Positions 46,314-54,899 of a stretch of 64,000 bases of DNA are shown piece by piece. Positions within the stretch are counted from its first letter, which is position 1, and each line of letters begins with the position of its first letter. Below the pieces are notes generated by a model. That model was not told where the DNA came from and did not search any database. It worked only from the letters and a program-made list of their open reading frames with translations. The stretch is from an uncultured bacterium (GTDB lineage: Bacteria; Krumholzibacteriota; Krumholzibacteriia; Krumholzibacteriales; Krumholzibacteriaceae). The translations under genes were made by a program, and so were the position numbers. The DNA lies in contig CAWFAD010000008.1 in NCBI GenBank assembly GCA_963813815.1, positions 128,001-192,000 of the forward strand, written 5' to 3'.

Positions 46314-47480
46314 CTAGCGCTTGCGCGCGGTCTTTTTCGCTTTTTTCGGAGCCTTCCTCGCGGCCTTCTTCGCCGGCTTCTTCGAGGTCTTCTTCGGAGT
46401 CTTCTTCGTCGCCCTCGCGGCGGGCTTTTTCGCCGCGGCCGGCCCGCGCCTTCCGGCCGGGCCGAACTTGTGAATGGCGAGCAGATCGACGAGCACCGAG
46501 TAGCCGGTCTCGATCCTGCCCGCGCCCGCGCCGACGATCGTCACGTTCCCCATGAGATCGGTGCGGAAGGTCGCGGCGTTCGTCGCGCCCATGACCCCGG
46601 CGAGCGGATCGGCGAGCGGAAGCTTTTCCGGCCGCACGGAGGCCCGAACCGACGCCCCGTCCCGCGCGACGCGGCCGATGAGCTTCCAGCGTTTTCCCTC
46701 GGCCTTCGCCGCGTTGACGTCGTCGATCGTGATCCTCGTGATTCCGACCCGATCGACGTCGGCGACGTTGATGTCGGCGCCCATGACGGCCTTGGCGAGA
46801 ATGATGACCTTGGCCATCGCGTCGTACCCCTCGACGTCCGCGTCGGGCACGGCCTCCGCGAAACCGAGATCCTGCGCTTCCTTGAGCGCCTCGGCGTAGC
46901 TCTTGCCCGTCTCCATGTTGGAGAGGATGAAGTTCGTCGTTCCGTTCAGGATCCCGCGGATCTCGCGGATCTCGTTCCCGGCGAGGCAAAACTCGTTGAG
47001 ATTGAGGACCGGCGTCCCGCTCATCACGCTTCCCTCGTAGCGGAACCGCACGCCCTTCGCGCGTGCGAGGGCGGAGAGCTCCTTGAAGAAGAGCGCGGTG
47101 GGGCCCTTGTTCGTCGTCACGAGGTGCTTGCCCGACTCGAGCGCCGCCTTGAAGTGGGAGTAGGCGGGCTCGCCCGTCTTGATGTTCGTGTAGGAGGCCT
47201 CGACGACGACGTCGGCGTTCGACTTCTTGATCGTCTCGAGCGCGTTCCAGCCGGTCGCCGCGCCGGGATAGGCCGCGATCCGGCCGTCCTTCGCGAGCGC
47301 GAGGAGCCTCGCGAGATCGAGGCCCTTCGGATCGTACACCGAGCCCTTGTTGACGTCGCTCACGGCGACGACCGAGCATTCGAACCCGTGCTCGCGCGCG
47401 AGACGCTCGCGCTGCTTCAGCAGTATCTCGGCGAACCCCTGCCCCACGACCCCGAACCCGATGATTGCGATGCGGTACAT
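46314..47480 (-). CDS. hom: Homoserine dehydrogenase (no ACT domain) with Lys/Ala-rich C-terminal tail
   Basis: GFGVVG, HLVTTNKGP, YEGSVMSGTP, GILNGTTNFIL, AQDLGFAE..PDADVEGYDA..K, GAGAGRIET. Confidence 0.92.
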   Translation of the reverse strand: MYRIAIIGFGVVGQGFAEILLKQRERLAREHGFECSVVAVSDVNKGSVYDPKGLDLARLLALAKDGRIAAYPGAATGWNALETIKKSNADVVVEASYTNIKTGEPAYSHFKAALESGKHLVTTNKGPTALFFKELSALARAKGVRFRYEGSVMSGTPVLNLNEFCLAGNEIREIRGILNGTTNFILSNMETGKSYAEALKEAQDLGFAEAVPDADVEGYDAMAKVIILAKAVMGADINVADVDRVGITRITIDDVNAAKAEGKRWKLIGRVARDGASVRASVRPEKLPLADPLAGVMGATNAATFRTDLMGNVTIVGAGAGRIETGYSVLVDLLAIHKFGPAGRRGPAAAKKPAARATKKTPKKTSKKPAKKAARKAPKKAKKTARKR

Positions 47481-47526
47481 GGCCGCCTCCTTCGTGCCGC
47501 GCCGCCGCGGCGCTTCAGGTGAGTTC

Positions 47527-48717
47527 CTACGCGCGCTCGAGCGCGTTGTCGAGATCCTCGATGAGATCCTGCGCGTCCTCGATTCCCGCGGAGTACCGGA
47601 TGAGGTTGTCGGGCACCCCCGCCTTCGCCCGCTCCTCCGGGCCGAGCTGCCAGTGCGTCGTCGCCGCGGGTTGGATCGCCACCGTCTGCGACGAGCCGAG
47701 ATGCGTCGTATGCACGGCGATCTTGAGGTTGTCGATCACGCGACGCGCCGCCTCGAGCCCGCCCTTCACCCGGAACCCCAGGAGCGATGAAAAGCCGCTC
47801 ATGTTGCGTTTGGCGGCCTCGTGCTGGGGATGGCTCGGAAGGCCGGGGTAGAACACGGATTCGATCTTGGGGTGCTTTTCGAGAAACTTCGCGACCGCCA
47901 TCGCGTTGTCGCTGTGCTTGCGCATGCGGAGCGAGAGGCTCTCGAGCCCGAGGAGGCACAGCCAGCTGTTGAAGGGGGACGCCGTCGGCCCGATGTTGCG
48001 GAATCCGACGTGCCGCACGTGATTCACGAACTCGCTCTTCCCGACGACGACGCCGCTGAGGCTCGTGCCGTTGCCGCTGATGTATTTCGTCGCGGAGTGG
48101 ATGACGATGTCGGCTCCGAGCTCGATCGGCCGCATGAGCGCCGGCGTGCAGATCGTGTTGTCCACCATGAGCGGGATGCCGTGCTTCTTGGCGAGCTTCG
48201 CGAGCGGCGGGAGGTCGGCGACGAAGAGGTTCGGGTTGCTCGGGCTCTCGACGTGGAGGAGCTTCGTCTTTGGCGTGATGAGCTTTTCCCACTCTTCGAT
48301 CTTGTCGGGCTGCTCGACCCACTTCACCGAGATCCCCATCCGCGGGCACGAGACGGCGAAGAGCTGCTGCGTGCCGCCGTAGACGCGGATCGACGAGACG
48401 ATCTCCTGACCGGCCTCGACGAGGTGGTGCAGCACCATGAAGATCGCGGCCATCCCTGAAGAGGTCGCGAGTCCGGCCTCGCCTCCCTCGAGCATCGCCA
48501 TGCGCTTCTCGAAGATGTCGTTCGTGGGGTTGTTGATGCGGCCGTACGCGAACCCCTCGATCTTGTAGCTGTAGAGATCGGCGGCCCATTGCGCCGATTC
48601 GTACGGGAACACGGCGGCCTGAATGAGCGGCGGCGCCATCGTGTGGTAGCGGAGCTGCTCCTCCCACGGGAAGCCCCCCTTCACCGCCATCGTGTCGAAC
48701 CGGTGTTTCTCTTCCAT
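47527..48717 (-). CDS. Cys/Met metabolism PLP-dependent enzyme (trans-sulfuration gamma-family; MetY/MetZ/gamma-lyase-like)
   Basis: YGRINNPT, SSGMAAI, YGGT, ESPSNP, VDNT, HSATKY, YPGLPSHPQH, IRYSAGIED. Confidence 0.9.
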   Translation of the reverse strand: MEEKHRFDTMAVKGGFPWEEQLRYHTMAPPLIQAAVFPYESAQWAADLYSYKIEGFAYGRINNPTNDIFEKRMAMLEGGEAGLATSSGMAAIFMVLHHLVEAGQEIVSSIRVYGGTQQLFAVSCPRMGISVKWVEQPDKIEEWEKLITPKTKLLHVESPSNPNLFVADLPPLAKLAKKHGIPLMVDNTICTPALMRPIELGADIVIHSATKYISGNGTSLSGVVVGKSEFVNHVRHVGFRNIGPTASPFNSWLCLLGLESLSLRMRKHSDNAMAVAKFLEKHPKIESVFYPGLPSHPQHEAAKRNMSGFSSLLGFRVKGGLEAARRVIDNLKIAVHTTHLGSSQTVAIQPAATTHWQLGPEERAKAGVPDNLIRYSAGIEDAQDLIEDLDNALERA

Positions 48718-48753
48718 GTGGTCCTCCTTCCGGGAATCTTCCCGCGTTCGGTT

Positions 48754-49308
48754 CTATTTCCGTCGTGCGCGGCGCCTCGCCGGAGCGGCCTTTCCGCCGT
48801 TCGGCCCCTTCGCCTTTCCGTTCACCGGCACGCCTCCGAGCGGAATCGCCGTTTCGCGCTTCAGCGTCGACAGGACGAACATCGTTTTCACCTTGTCGAT
48901 CCCTTTCGTCCGTGTGAGGCTCGTGAGCAGGAACCGCTCGTAATCCTCGATGTCGCGCGTATAGACCTTGAGGAGGTAATCCTCGCCCCCCGCGACGTGG
49001 TAACACTCGAGCACCTTCTCGCTCTCCCGGACGAAACGGTGGAAGTTCTCGATGGAGTCGGCGTGGTGCAGGTTGAGCGAGACGGCCACGAACGCGACCG
49101 TTCCGAGCCCGAGCTTGCGGCTGTCGAGAAGGGTGACGTACCGGTCGATGATGCCGCGCTCCTCGAGCTTCCGCACGCGCTCGAGGACGGCCGAGGGGCT
49201 GAGACCCACCTCGGCGGCGAGCTGCACGTTCGGAATGCGCCCCTGCGTCTGCAGGATCTCGAGGATCCTCTTGTCGACGGGATGGATCGTTCCGTTTTCC
49301 GCGGCCAC
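48754..49308 (-). CDS. Lrp/AsnC family transcriptional regulator
   Basis: DKRILEILQ.QGRIPN..LA.EVGLSPS....RVRKLEERGII, ECYHVAGGEDYLLKV; GTG start after GGAG. Confidence 0.93.
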   Translation of the reverse strand: MAAENGTIHPVDKRILEILQTQGRIPNVQLAAEVGLSPSAVLERVRKLEERGIIDRYVTLLDSRKLGLGTVAFVAVSLNLHHADSIENFHRFVRESEKVLECYHVAGGEDYLLKVYTRDIEDYERFLLTSLTRTKGIDKVKTMFVLSTLKRETAIPLGGVPVNGKAKGPNGGKAAPARRRARRK

Positions 49309-49357
49309 GGACGCTCCAATCAGAATAATATTATACCGGATGTTTGCGTACCTGCAG

Positions 49358-49386
49358 ATTGTCCTGCATTTGGCGGAAAATGTCAA
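49358..49386 (-). promoter_or_regulatory. Putative sigma70 promoter of the lrp-led operon
   Basis: Minus strand TTGACA-N17-GACAAT within an AT-rich intergenic region. Confidence 0.55.
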
Positions 49387-49471
49387 CTAATATGTTGAAT
49401 ATCTAGGCCGCAACAAACAATAGTTCTGAATATGTGCGCCCGGCCGAGGCCCGGCGAAGCCTTCGACGGCC

Positions 49472-49500
49472 TTGACGCGGGGGAGATTTTCCCTTAGAAT
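49472..49500 (+). promoter_or_regulatory. Putative sigma70 promoter
   Basis: TTGACG-N17-TAGAAT. Confidence 0.6.
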
Positions 49501-49559
49501 AGACCCGCAGCGGCGAATCTCATTTCATACATCCCAAAAGCGGAGGCCGGCGTGCGGAC

Positions 49560-50813
49560 ATGAACGCGCGGACTCCCATCGGACGCGTTGGAATCGTCCT
49601 CGCGGTCTCGCTAACCGTGTCGCTCCTCGTTTACGCGAGATCCTTCGACAACGGCTTTCGGAACGACGATTTCACATTCCTCGAGCATGTCGCCTCATCG
49701 CCGTTCCCCGAATGCATCATCCAGCCGAGCCATGAGTTCGCCTTCTACCGGCCCGGCGCCATATGCCTGTTCCTCGTCGAGCGCAGGCTCTTCGGGCTCG
49801 ACGGCGGCTTGTATATTCTCTTCAACTATCTCGTTCACCTCGCGATCGCCGGCCTCGGCATCGGCCTCTTGCTGGCGCTCGGGTTCGAGAGGAGCGTCGC
49901 CGTTCTCGCCGGCTCGCTCTTTCTCGTGGGCGCCGGGCATTACGGCAAGACGGTGATGTGGGCGAGCTGCGGCGGGGCGCTCTTCGCCTGGATGCTTTCG
50001 ATGATCGCCCTGACGCTCGCGGCGCGGTGGGCGAAGCGGCTCAAGGAATCCGTATCGATCGCTTTCCCCGGGGGATGGGCCCTCGCGGCGGGGGCCTTCG
50101 CGATCCTTCTCGGGGCCCCTTTCTTTCACGAGTCGGCGCTCGTCGCCGCCCCGCTTTCGATCTGCGTTCTCGCCTTCTTCGGCCGCTGTCCATGGAGACT
50201 GAAATTCATCTGCGCCGCGGCGATGGCTGCGGCCGCTCTTTTTCCGGCCGCCGTGTTTCTCGCCATTCGCGTCCGGTATCCGGTCTACGGAGTCTCCCCG
50301 GATGCCTTCCCGGCGGCCGCGGGGGCCGCGGTGCGCTACCTCGGGTTCATGGCCCTCCCCCTGCAACCGTCCGTTATCGCCGAGCGCGCGCCGGCCGCGG
50401 TCGAATTCCTCGCGATGCACATCCAGCCGGTCCAATTCGCGGCGGGCGCCTTTCTGCTCCTCGCGGCCGCCGCGTGGATCCTCTCCCCTCTCGCGCGGAG
50501 AAGGGTCGTGGGGATCTGGCTCGTGCTCGCGCTGTGCCCCTTCATGCTCGTGCCGATGCCGGAAGGGTATCTCGAGCTGCGGTACCTGTACGGCGCGTCG
50601 TTCCCCTTCTCGGTCCTCGCGGCCGAGGCCTTCCTCTCGGCGCTCCGGAGCCGAAGGAGAGCTGCGAGGATCTCCGGCTGGACGATGCTCGCGTACGCGA
50701 TCGTCGTCTCCGTCGCGCTCACGGCGATCCTGGAGGCGAAGTACGACGCCCGAGGCCGCGAGCGCGAGAGCATCGAGCGGCTCGAGGAGATCCGCTCGCT
50801 CAACCCTTTTTGA
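49560..50813 (+). CDS. Multi-pass membrane protein, GT-C (TMTC/ArnT-like) glycosyltransferase-like
   Basis: N-terminal TM then F.NDDF and FYRP motifs, FHES and RYLY; about 10 TM helices. Confidence 0.6.
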   Translation: MNARTPIGRVGIVLAVSLTVSLLVYARSFDNGFRNDDFTFLEHVASSPFPECIIQPSHEFAFYRPGAICLFLVERRLFGLDGGLYILFNYLVHLAIAGLGIGLLLALGFERSVAVLAGSLFLVGAGHYGKTVMWASCGGALFAWMLSMIALTLAARWAKRLKESVSIAFPGGWALAAGAFAILLGAPFFHESALVAAPLSICVLAFFGRCPWRLKFICAAAMAAAALFPAAVFLAIRVRYPVYGVSPDAFPAAAGAAVRYLGFMALPLQPSVIAERAPAAVEFLAMHIQPVQFAAGAFLLLAAAAWILSPLARRRVVGIWLVLALCPFMLVPMPEGYLELRYLYGASFPFSVLAAEAFLSALRSRRRAARISGWTMLAYAIVVSVALTAILEAKYDARGRERESIERLEEIRSLNPF

Positions 50814-50846
50814 TCGCGACCCTCCTCCCGTCGCGAACAAATCTCA

Positions 50847-50875
50847 TTGACATATAATCAGTTATGGCGTACAAT
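50847..50875 (+). promoter_or_regulatory. Near-consensus sigma70 promoter
   Basis: TTGACA-N17-TACAAT. Confidence 0.7.
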
Positions 50876-50992
50876 GGAGCTCAATAGGGGAAGCGATCGA
50901 TCCATTCAATAGGCTCCGAGAGCGCTGCGTGCCGGGTTTTGCAAGGGGGTTCCGCCATGCATGCTCATCCGCGTAAAGGGTTTGCCTTCGGC

Positions 50993-53482
50993 ATGACGAA
51001 GTTGGCCGTTTCGTGCTTGCTGATGCTCCTTTCGAGCTCCAGCATCCTCGCCTCGAATAGGTTCTCATTCGATGCGTTCGAGATCTTTCCCGTGGATGCT
51101 CCGGTGAACATCTGCAGCGCCGATTTGAACGGGGACGGAATCGCGGATCTCGCGACCAACGGCCCGTGCATCTCGATCCTTTTCGGGATCGGAAACGGGA
51201 CGTTTCGGACGATGGTGCGGTACGTGCCGGACCCGGCTCGCGACGAATATCAGTCGCTCGTGGTCGCGGATTTCAACAAAGACGGCGCGACCGATCTCTC
51301 GATGGTGAGCCACGACTATCCCCCGATGCTCGTCATAGCTCTCAACGACGGGAGCGGCGGCTTCGAGCCGGGCATCTTGATTGCGCCGACCGCATACGCG
51401 GGCGGGCCTCAGAGCCTCGCCCTCTCCGATTTCAATGGGGACGGAAACGAAGACGTCGCGCTTCTTTACCGTGACAGCACGCCGGACTTCGTATCGATCT
51501 TCCTCGGCAACGGGGATGGAACGTTTCAGCCGGAGATCGTGACTGCCATCCCGACGGATTATACGAGTCTGAAGAACATCTGCGCGGCCGACTTCAACGG
51601 CGACGGCGACGCCGACGTCGCCTTCGCCGACTCATACAGCCTGAGCCTCATCGTCCTCTTGGGCCGGGGCGACGGGACCTTTCGCACGGGGCCGGTATGC
51701 AGCGACCTCCCCGAGACGCCGGGGGTCATGTCCGTCGCGGACGTGGATCTCGACGGCGACTGGGACATCGCGACCAACGGAAACGATTATTACGAAAGCG
51801 ATTACTATTTTTACGTCCTCCTCAACGCGGGAGACGGCGGATTCGACGACCTGTACACGAGCCCTCCTCAATCGTATCTCTACGGAGATCCGAAAGGCAT
51901 TTTTGCTTCGGATCTCGACGGAGACGGCGACGCCGACATGGTCGTGCTCCACTGGTACCACGTCACCCTTTTCGAGAATGACGGAGCGGGGGTCTATGCG
52001 TTGATCGGCGGATATGAGACCAATATGGATCCGCGCGCATGCGTCGGGGATTTCGATCGCGACGGCGATAGCGATATCGCTTACGCCTCCTCTAACAACG
52101 ACGCGACGATTCTCCTCAACAACGGCGACACCACGTTCCGCGACGCCGACTATTATTTGAAGAGCGAAATCACGGCATTGAGCTCCGCGGATTTCAACCG
52201 CGACGGCAAGCCGGATCTCGCGGCCTCGACCTTCTATGGAAAGCTCGCGATATACCTCGGCGACGGCGAGGGCGCGTTGCAGGAGACGGCCAATTATGTC
52301 TCGAGCCCCGAGGCGCAATGGGTCGACATCGCGGATTACAACGCCGACGCCTTCGCCGACATCGCCATCAGCAACGGATATCAGAACACGGTCTCCATCC
52401 TGCTCGGCAACGGAGACGGAACGCTCCGGCCCAAGACGGACTATGCGGCGGGAGGCGTAGCGGTACAGATCTGTTCGGCCGATCTCGACGGCGATGGGGC
52501 GGTCGACCTCGCCGCGGCGAACGTCGCTCCCTCGCAGATCAGCGTCCTCTTCGGAAACGGGGATGGAACCTTTCGAGCTCCCGTGGCATACGCGAGCCCG
52601 GCTGATCTGCCGCAGCCCTATTCCATATGCGCCGCGGATTTCGACGGCGACGGGGACGCGGATCTCGCCGTCGGCGCATATGAAACCACGTGGAGGGCGA
52701 TCTCCCTCGGAGTGTTCATGAATAACGGGGACGGAACGTTCCAATCCCCGGCGCTGTACCACTCCACCCGCACGCGGAGAGTCATCGCCTCCGACGTCGA
52801 TCATGACGGCGACGTCGACATCGTGGCGCTGCACAGCGAAGGGATCGCTATACACCTGAACAACGGGTACGGGACGTTCTCCGTGTTGGCCGAGTACGCA
52901 CTGGGCTATGCGGACTCCTTCTGCCTATCCGATTTCAACCTCGACGGAAAATTGGATATCGCGGCCTGCGGAGGGTTTAGCTATACGGTATGGGTCAATG
53001 GGCTTCATCTGCTGGCGGGAAACGGCGACGGGTCCTTCACGCCCCAGCAGACGTTCTTCGGACTCGGTCACGGCCGTTTGGTCGCCGGCGATCTCGAGAA
53101 CGACGGCGATCCGGATCTCATCATCGCGGACTCTTACAGAATCATGGTCACGCACAACCTGGCGTCCGTCGCGACGGCAATCGGCGGCGAAGCGGCGATG
53201 CCGGCCCTGCCGTTCCTGTCGCAGAACTTCCCCAATCCCTTCAATCCCAGCACCACGTTCAGGGTCTCGCTGTCCACGCCCGGTCATGCGCGAATCGTCG
53301 CGTACGACTCGGCGGGACGCTTGGTGGCAGTCATCGCCGATCGCTATTTTCCCGCGGGCGTTTCGGAGATTGTCTGGCACGGCAGGGACGAAAGGGGCGA
53401 AGCGCTCGCTTCGGGCGTTTATTTCGCGCGCATGACGATGAACGGACGCGCCCTGGCCAAGAAAGTCTTGCTGTTGCGATAG
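50993..53482 (+). CDS. FG-GAP/VCBS repeat beta-propeller protein with FlgD-Ig/T9SS-like C-terminal domain
   Basis: About 13 repeats of (A/S)D(F/L)(N/D)GDG..D(L/I)A and GNGDGTF; LSQNFPNPFNPST...WHGRDERGEALASGVYF...KKVLLLR. Start could alternatively be 50957. Confidence 0.88.
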   Translation: MTKLAVSCLLMLLSSSSILASNRFSFDAFEIFPVDAPVNICSADLNGDGIADLATNGPCISILFGIGNGTFRTMVRYVPDPARDEYQSLVVADFNKDGATDLSMVSHDYPPMLVIALNDGSGGFEPGILIAPTAYAGGPQSLALSDFNGDGNEDVALLYRDSTPDFVSIFLGNGDGTFQPEIVTAIPTDYTSLKNICAADFNGDGDADVAFADSYSLSLIVLLGRGDGTFRTGPVCSDLPETPGVMSVADVDLDGDWDIATNGNDYYESDYYFYVLLNAGDGGFDDLYTSPPQSYLYGDPKGIFASDLDGDGDADMVVLHWYHVTLFENDGAGVYALIGGYETNMDPRACVGDFDRDGDSDIAYASSNNDATILLNNGDTTFRDADYYLKSEITALSSADFNRDGKPDLAASTFYGKLAIYLGDGEGALQETANYVSSPEAQWVDIADYNADAFADIAISNGYQNTVSILLGNGDGTLRPKTDYAAGGVAVQICSADLDGDGAVDLAAANVAPSQISVLFGNGDGTFRAPVAYASPADLPQPYSICAADFDGDGDADLAVGAYETTWRAISLGVFMNNGDGTFQSPALYHSTRTRRVIASDVDHDGDVDIVALHSEGIAIHLNNGYGTFSVLAEYALGYADSFCLSDFNLDGKLDIAACGGFSYTVWVNGLHLLAGNGDGSFTPQQTFFGLGHGRLVAGDLENDGDPDLIIADSYRIMVTHNLASVATAIGGEAAMPALPFLSQNFPNPFNPSTTFRVSLSTPGHARIVAYDSAGRLVAVIADRYFPAGVSEIVWHGRDERGEALASGVYFARMTMNGRALAKKVLLLR

Positions 53483-53520
53483 CGGCGGAGAGAGAGATCG
53501 CGCCGCGCGGATTCCGGAAC

Positions 53521-54765
53521 TCAACCCTTCTTGATCGTGATGTTTCCGTTCACCGTCTTGATCCGGACGAGGTGATCGCCGCCGCCGACAGCGCCCGTGC
53601 CGCGGATGTGCCGGTGCTTGTTTCCCCAGTGCCCCTCCCAGTCGGCCGTTTCCTTGCGCTCCATGGGAAAATCGCTCTCGATGCGGTAGCGGCCCTCTTT
53701 CCCCTTGGAAAACTGCAGATCGATGTCGAACTCCATCGAAAGGCCCTCGGGCACGACGAGCGTGATGTCTCCGCCCATCGACGAGATCTCGACGTCGCGC
53801 TTTCCCTGCTTCGGGTCGCCCGTCATTCTGACGTCGACGTCGCCGCCCATCGTCGAAACGTCCACCCATCCGTCGACCGCCCCGACCTCGATGTCGCCGC
53901 CCATCGTGTTCGCCTTGACGAAGTTTCCCGCCGAGAGAATCTCGATGTCGCCGCCCATCGTCGAGGCCGTCGCGCCGCCCGGCGCATCCGCGATGTTCAC
54001 GTCGCCGCCCATCGTCGAGACGTTCACCGCCTCGCCCCCCGCGACGTCGACGTCTCCGCCGTACGTTTTCGCCCTGACGTTCCGGTCCGTCTTCTCGATG
54101 ACGATATCGCCGCCCATCGTTCTCAGGTTCACTTCGTCGTCGGCGCTTCCGTCGGGACGGCCGGTGACGTTGCGATAGACGACTTTTCCGCCCATCGTGG
54201 AGCCCTTGAGGTTCCCCTTCACGTCCTCTATGAGAATGCTTCCGCCCATCGTGCTCACTTTCCCGTCCGCCTCGCATTCCCGCACCGTCACCGAACCGCC
54301 CATCGTTTCGAGATCGACGTCGCCCTTCACGCGGGAGAGATCGATGTCGCCTCCCATCGTCGAGCCCCCGATCTCACCGGCGACTCCCTCGATATCCACG
54401 GAGCCGCCCTTCGATTCGATCGAGACGTCGAATCGCTCCGGCACCTTGATGACGAAGCGCACGTCCGAGTCGCAGCCCCAGCGCCCCGAGCAGTGCGAAT
54501 GAATCTTGAGGCTCCGGACGCCCGGATCGAAATCGACGCGCACGTCCTCGGCGTCCTTCCCCTTGATCTCGGCCGTGACGGATATCTCTTCTTTCGCCCA
54601 GCCGGCGATTTCGAGGGAGCCACCCGTGTCGAGATCGAGCACGAGCCGGCCTTCCATCTTGACGGGAAACGTCTTCTCGATCGTGGCCGGCTTCGCCGCG
54701 GATTCGCGCGCACCGGCGGCCGAGACGACGATCATGACGAGCGAGAGCGCCAGCGGGTATTTCAT
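53521..54765 (-). CDS. DUF4097 family beta-strand repeat (putative adhesin/YvlB-LiaX-like) protein
   Basis: AAAGGAG RBS; signal peptide; about 10 repeats of (S/E/N/R)TMGG(D/S)(I/V); ends IKTVNGNITIKKG. Confidence 0.85.
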   Translation of the reverse strand: MKYPLALSLVMIVVSAAGARESAAKPATIEKTFPVKMEGRLVLDLDTGGSLEIAGWAKEEISVTAEIKGKDAEDVRVDFDPGVRSLKIHSHCSGRWGCDSDVRFVIKVPERFDVSIESKGGSVDIEGVAGEIGGSTMGGDIDLSRVKGDVDLETMGGSVTVRECEADGKVSTMGGSILIEDVKGNLKGSTMGGKVVYRNVTGRPDGSADDEVNLRTMGGDIVIEKTDRNVRAKTYGGDVDVAGGEAVNVSTMGGDVNIADAPGGATASTMGGDIEILSAGNFVKANTMGGDIEVGAVDGWVDVSTMGGDVDVRMTGDPKQGKRDVEISSMGGDITLVVPEGLSMEFDIDLQFSKGKEGRYRIESDFPMERKETADWEGHWGNKHRHIRGTGAVGGGDHLVRIKTVNGNITIKKG

Positions 54766-54809
54766 ATCGAGGCTCCTTTCGAGGTGGTCGAACGCCGTAC
54801 CTCTCATAC

Positions 54810-54835
54810 TACGGCGCGGCGCACCCCGTGTTTCA
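54810..54835 (-). promoter_or_regulatory. ECF sigma (SigW-like) promoter of the DUF4097 gene
   Basis: Minus strand TGAAAC-N16-CGTA. Confidence 0.6.
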
Positions 54836-54899
54836 GCGTTTTTCGACTCTCTCCCTTTTGCCTTTTCCCGGCGGCCAATCGCATGTTACAATGCGGCTT

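Noticed and set aside
51120..53130. Recurrent GACGGCGAC/GGCAACGG motifs
   Set aside because: Coding FG-GAP repeats, not DNA-level repeat elements.
53820..54365. Regularly spaced CCGCCCATCGT repeats resembling a CRISPR array
   Set aside because: They encode the TMGG repeats of the DUF4097 protein; too short and in frame, with no cas genes.
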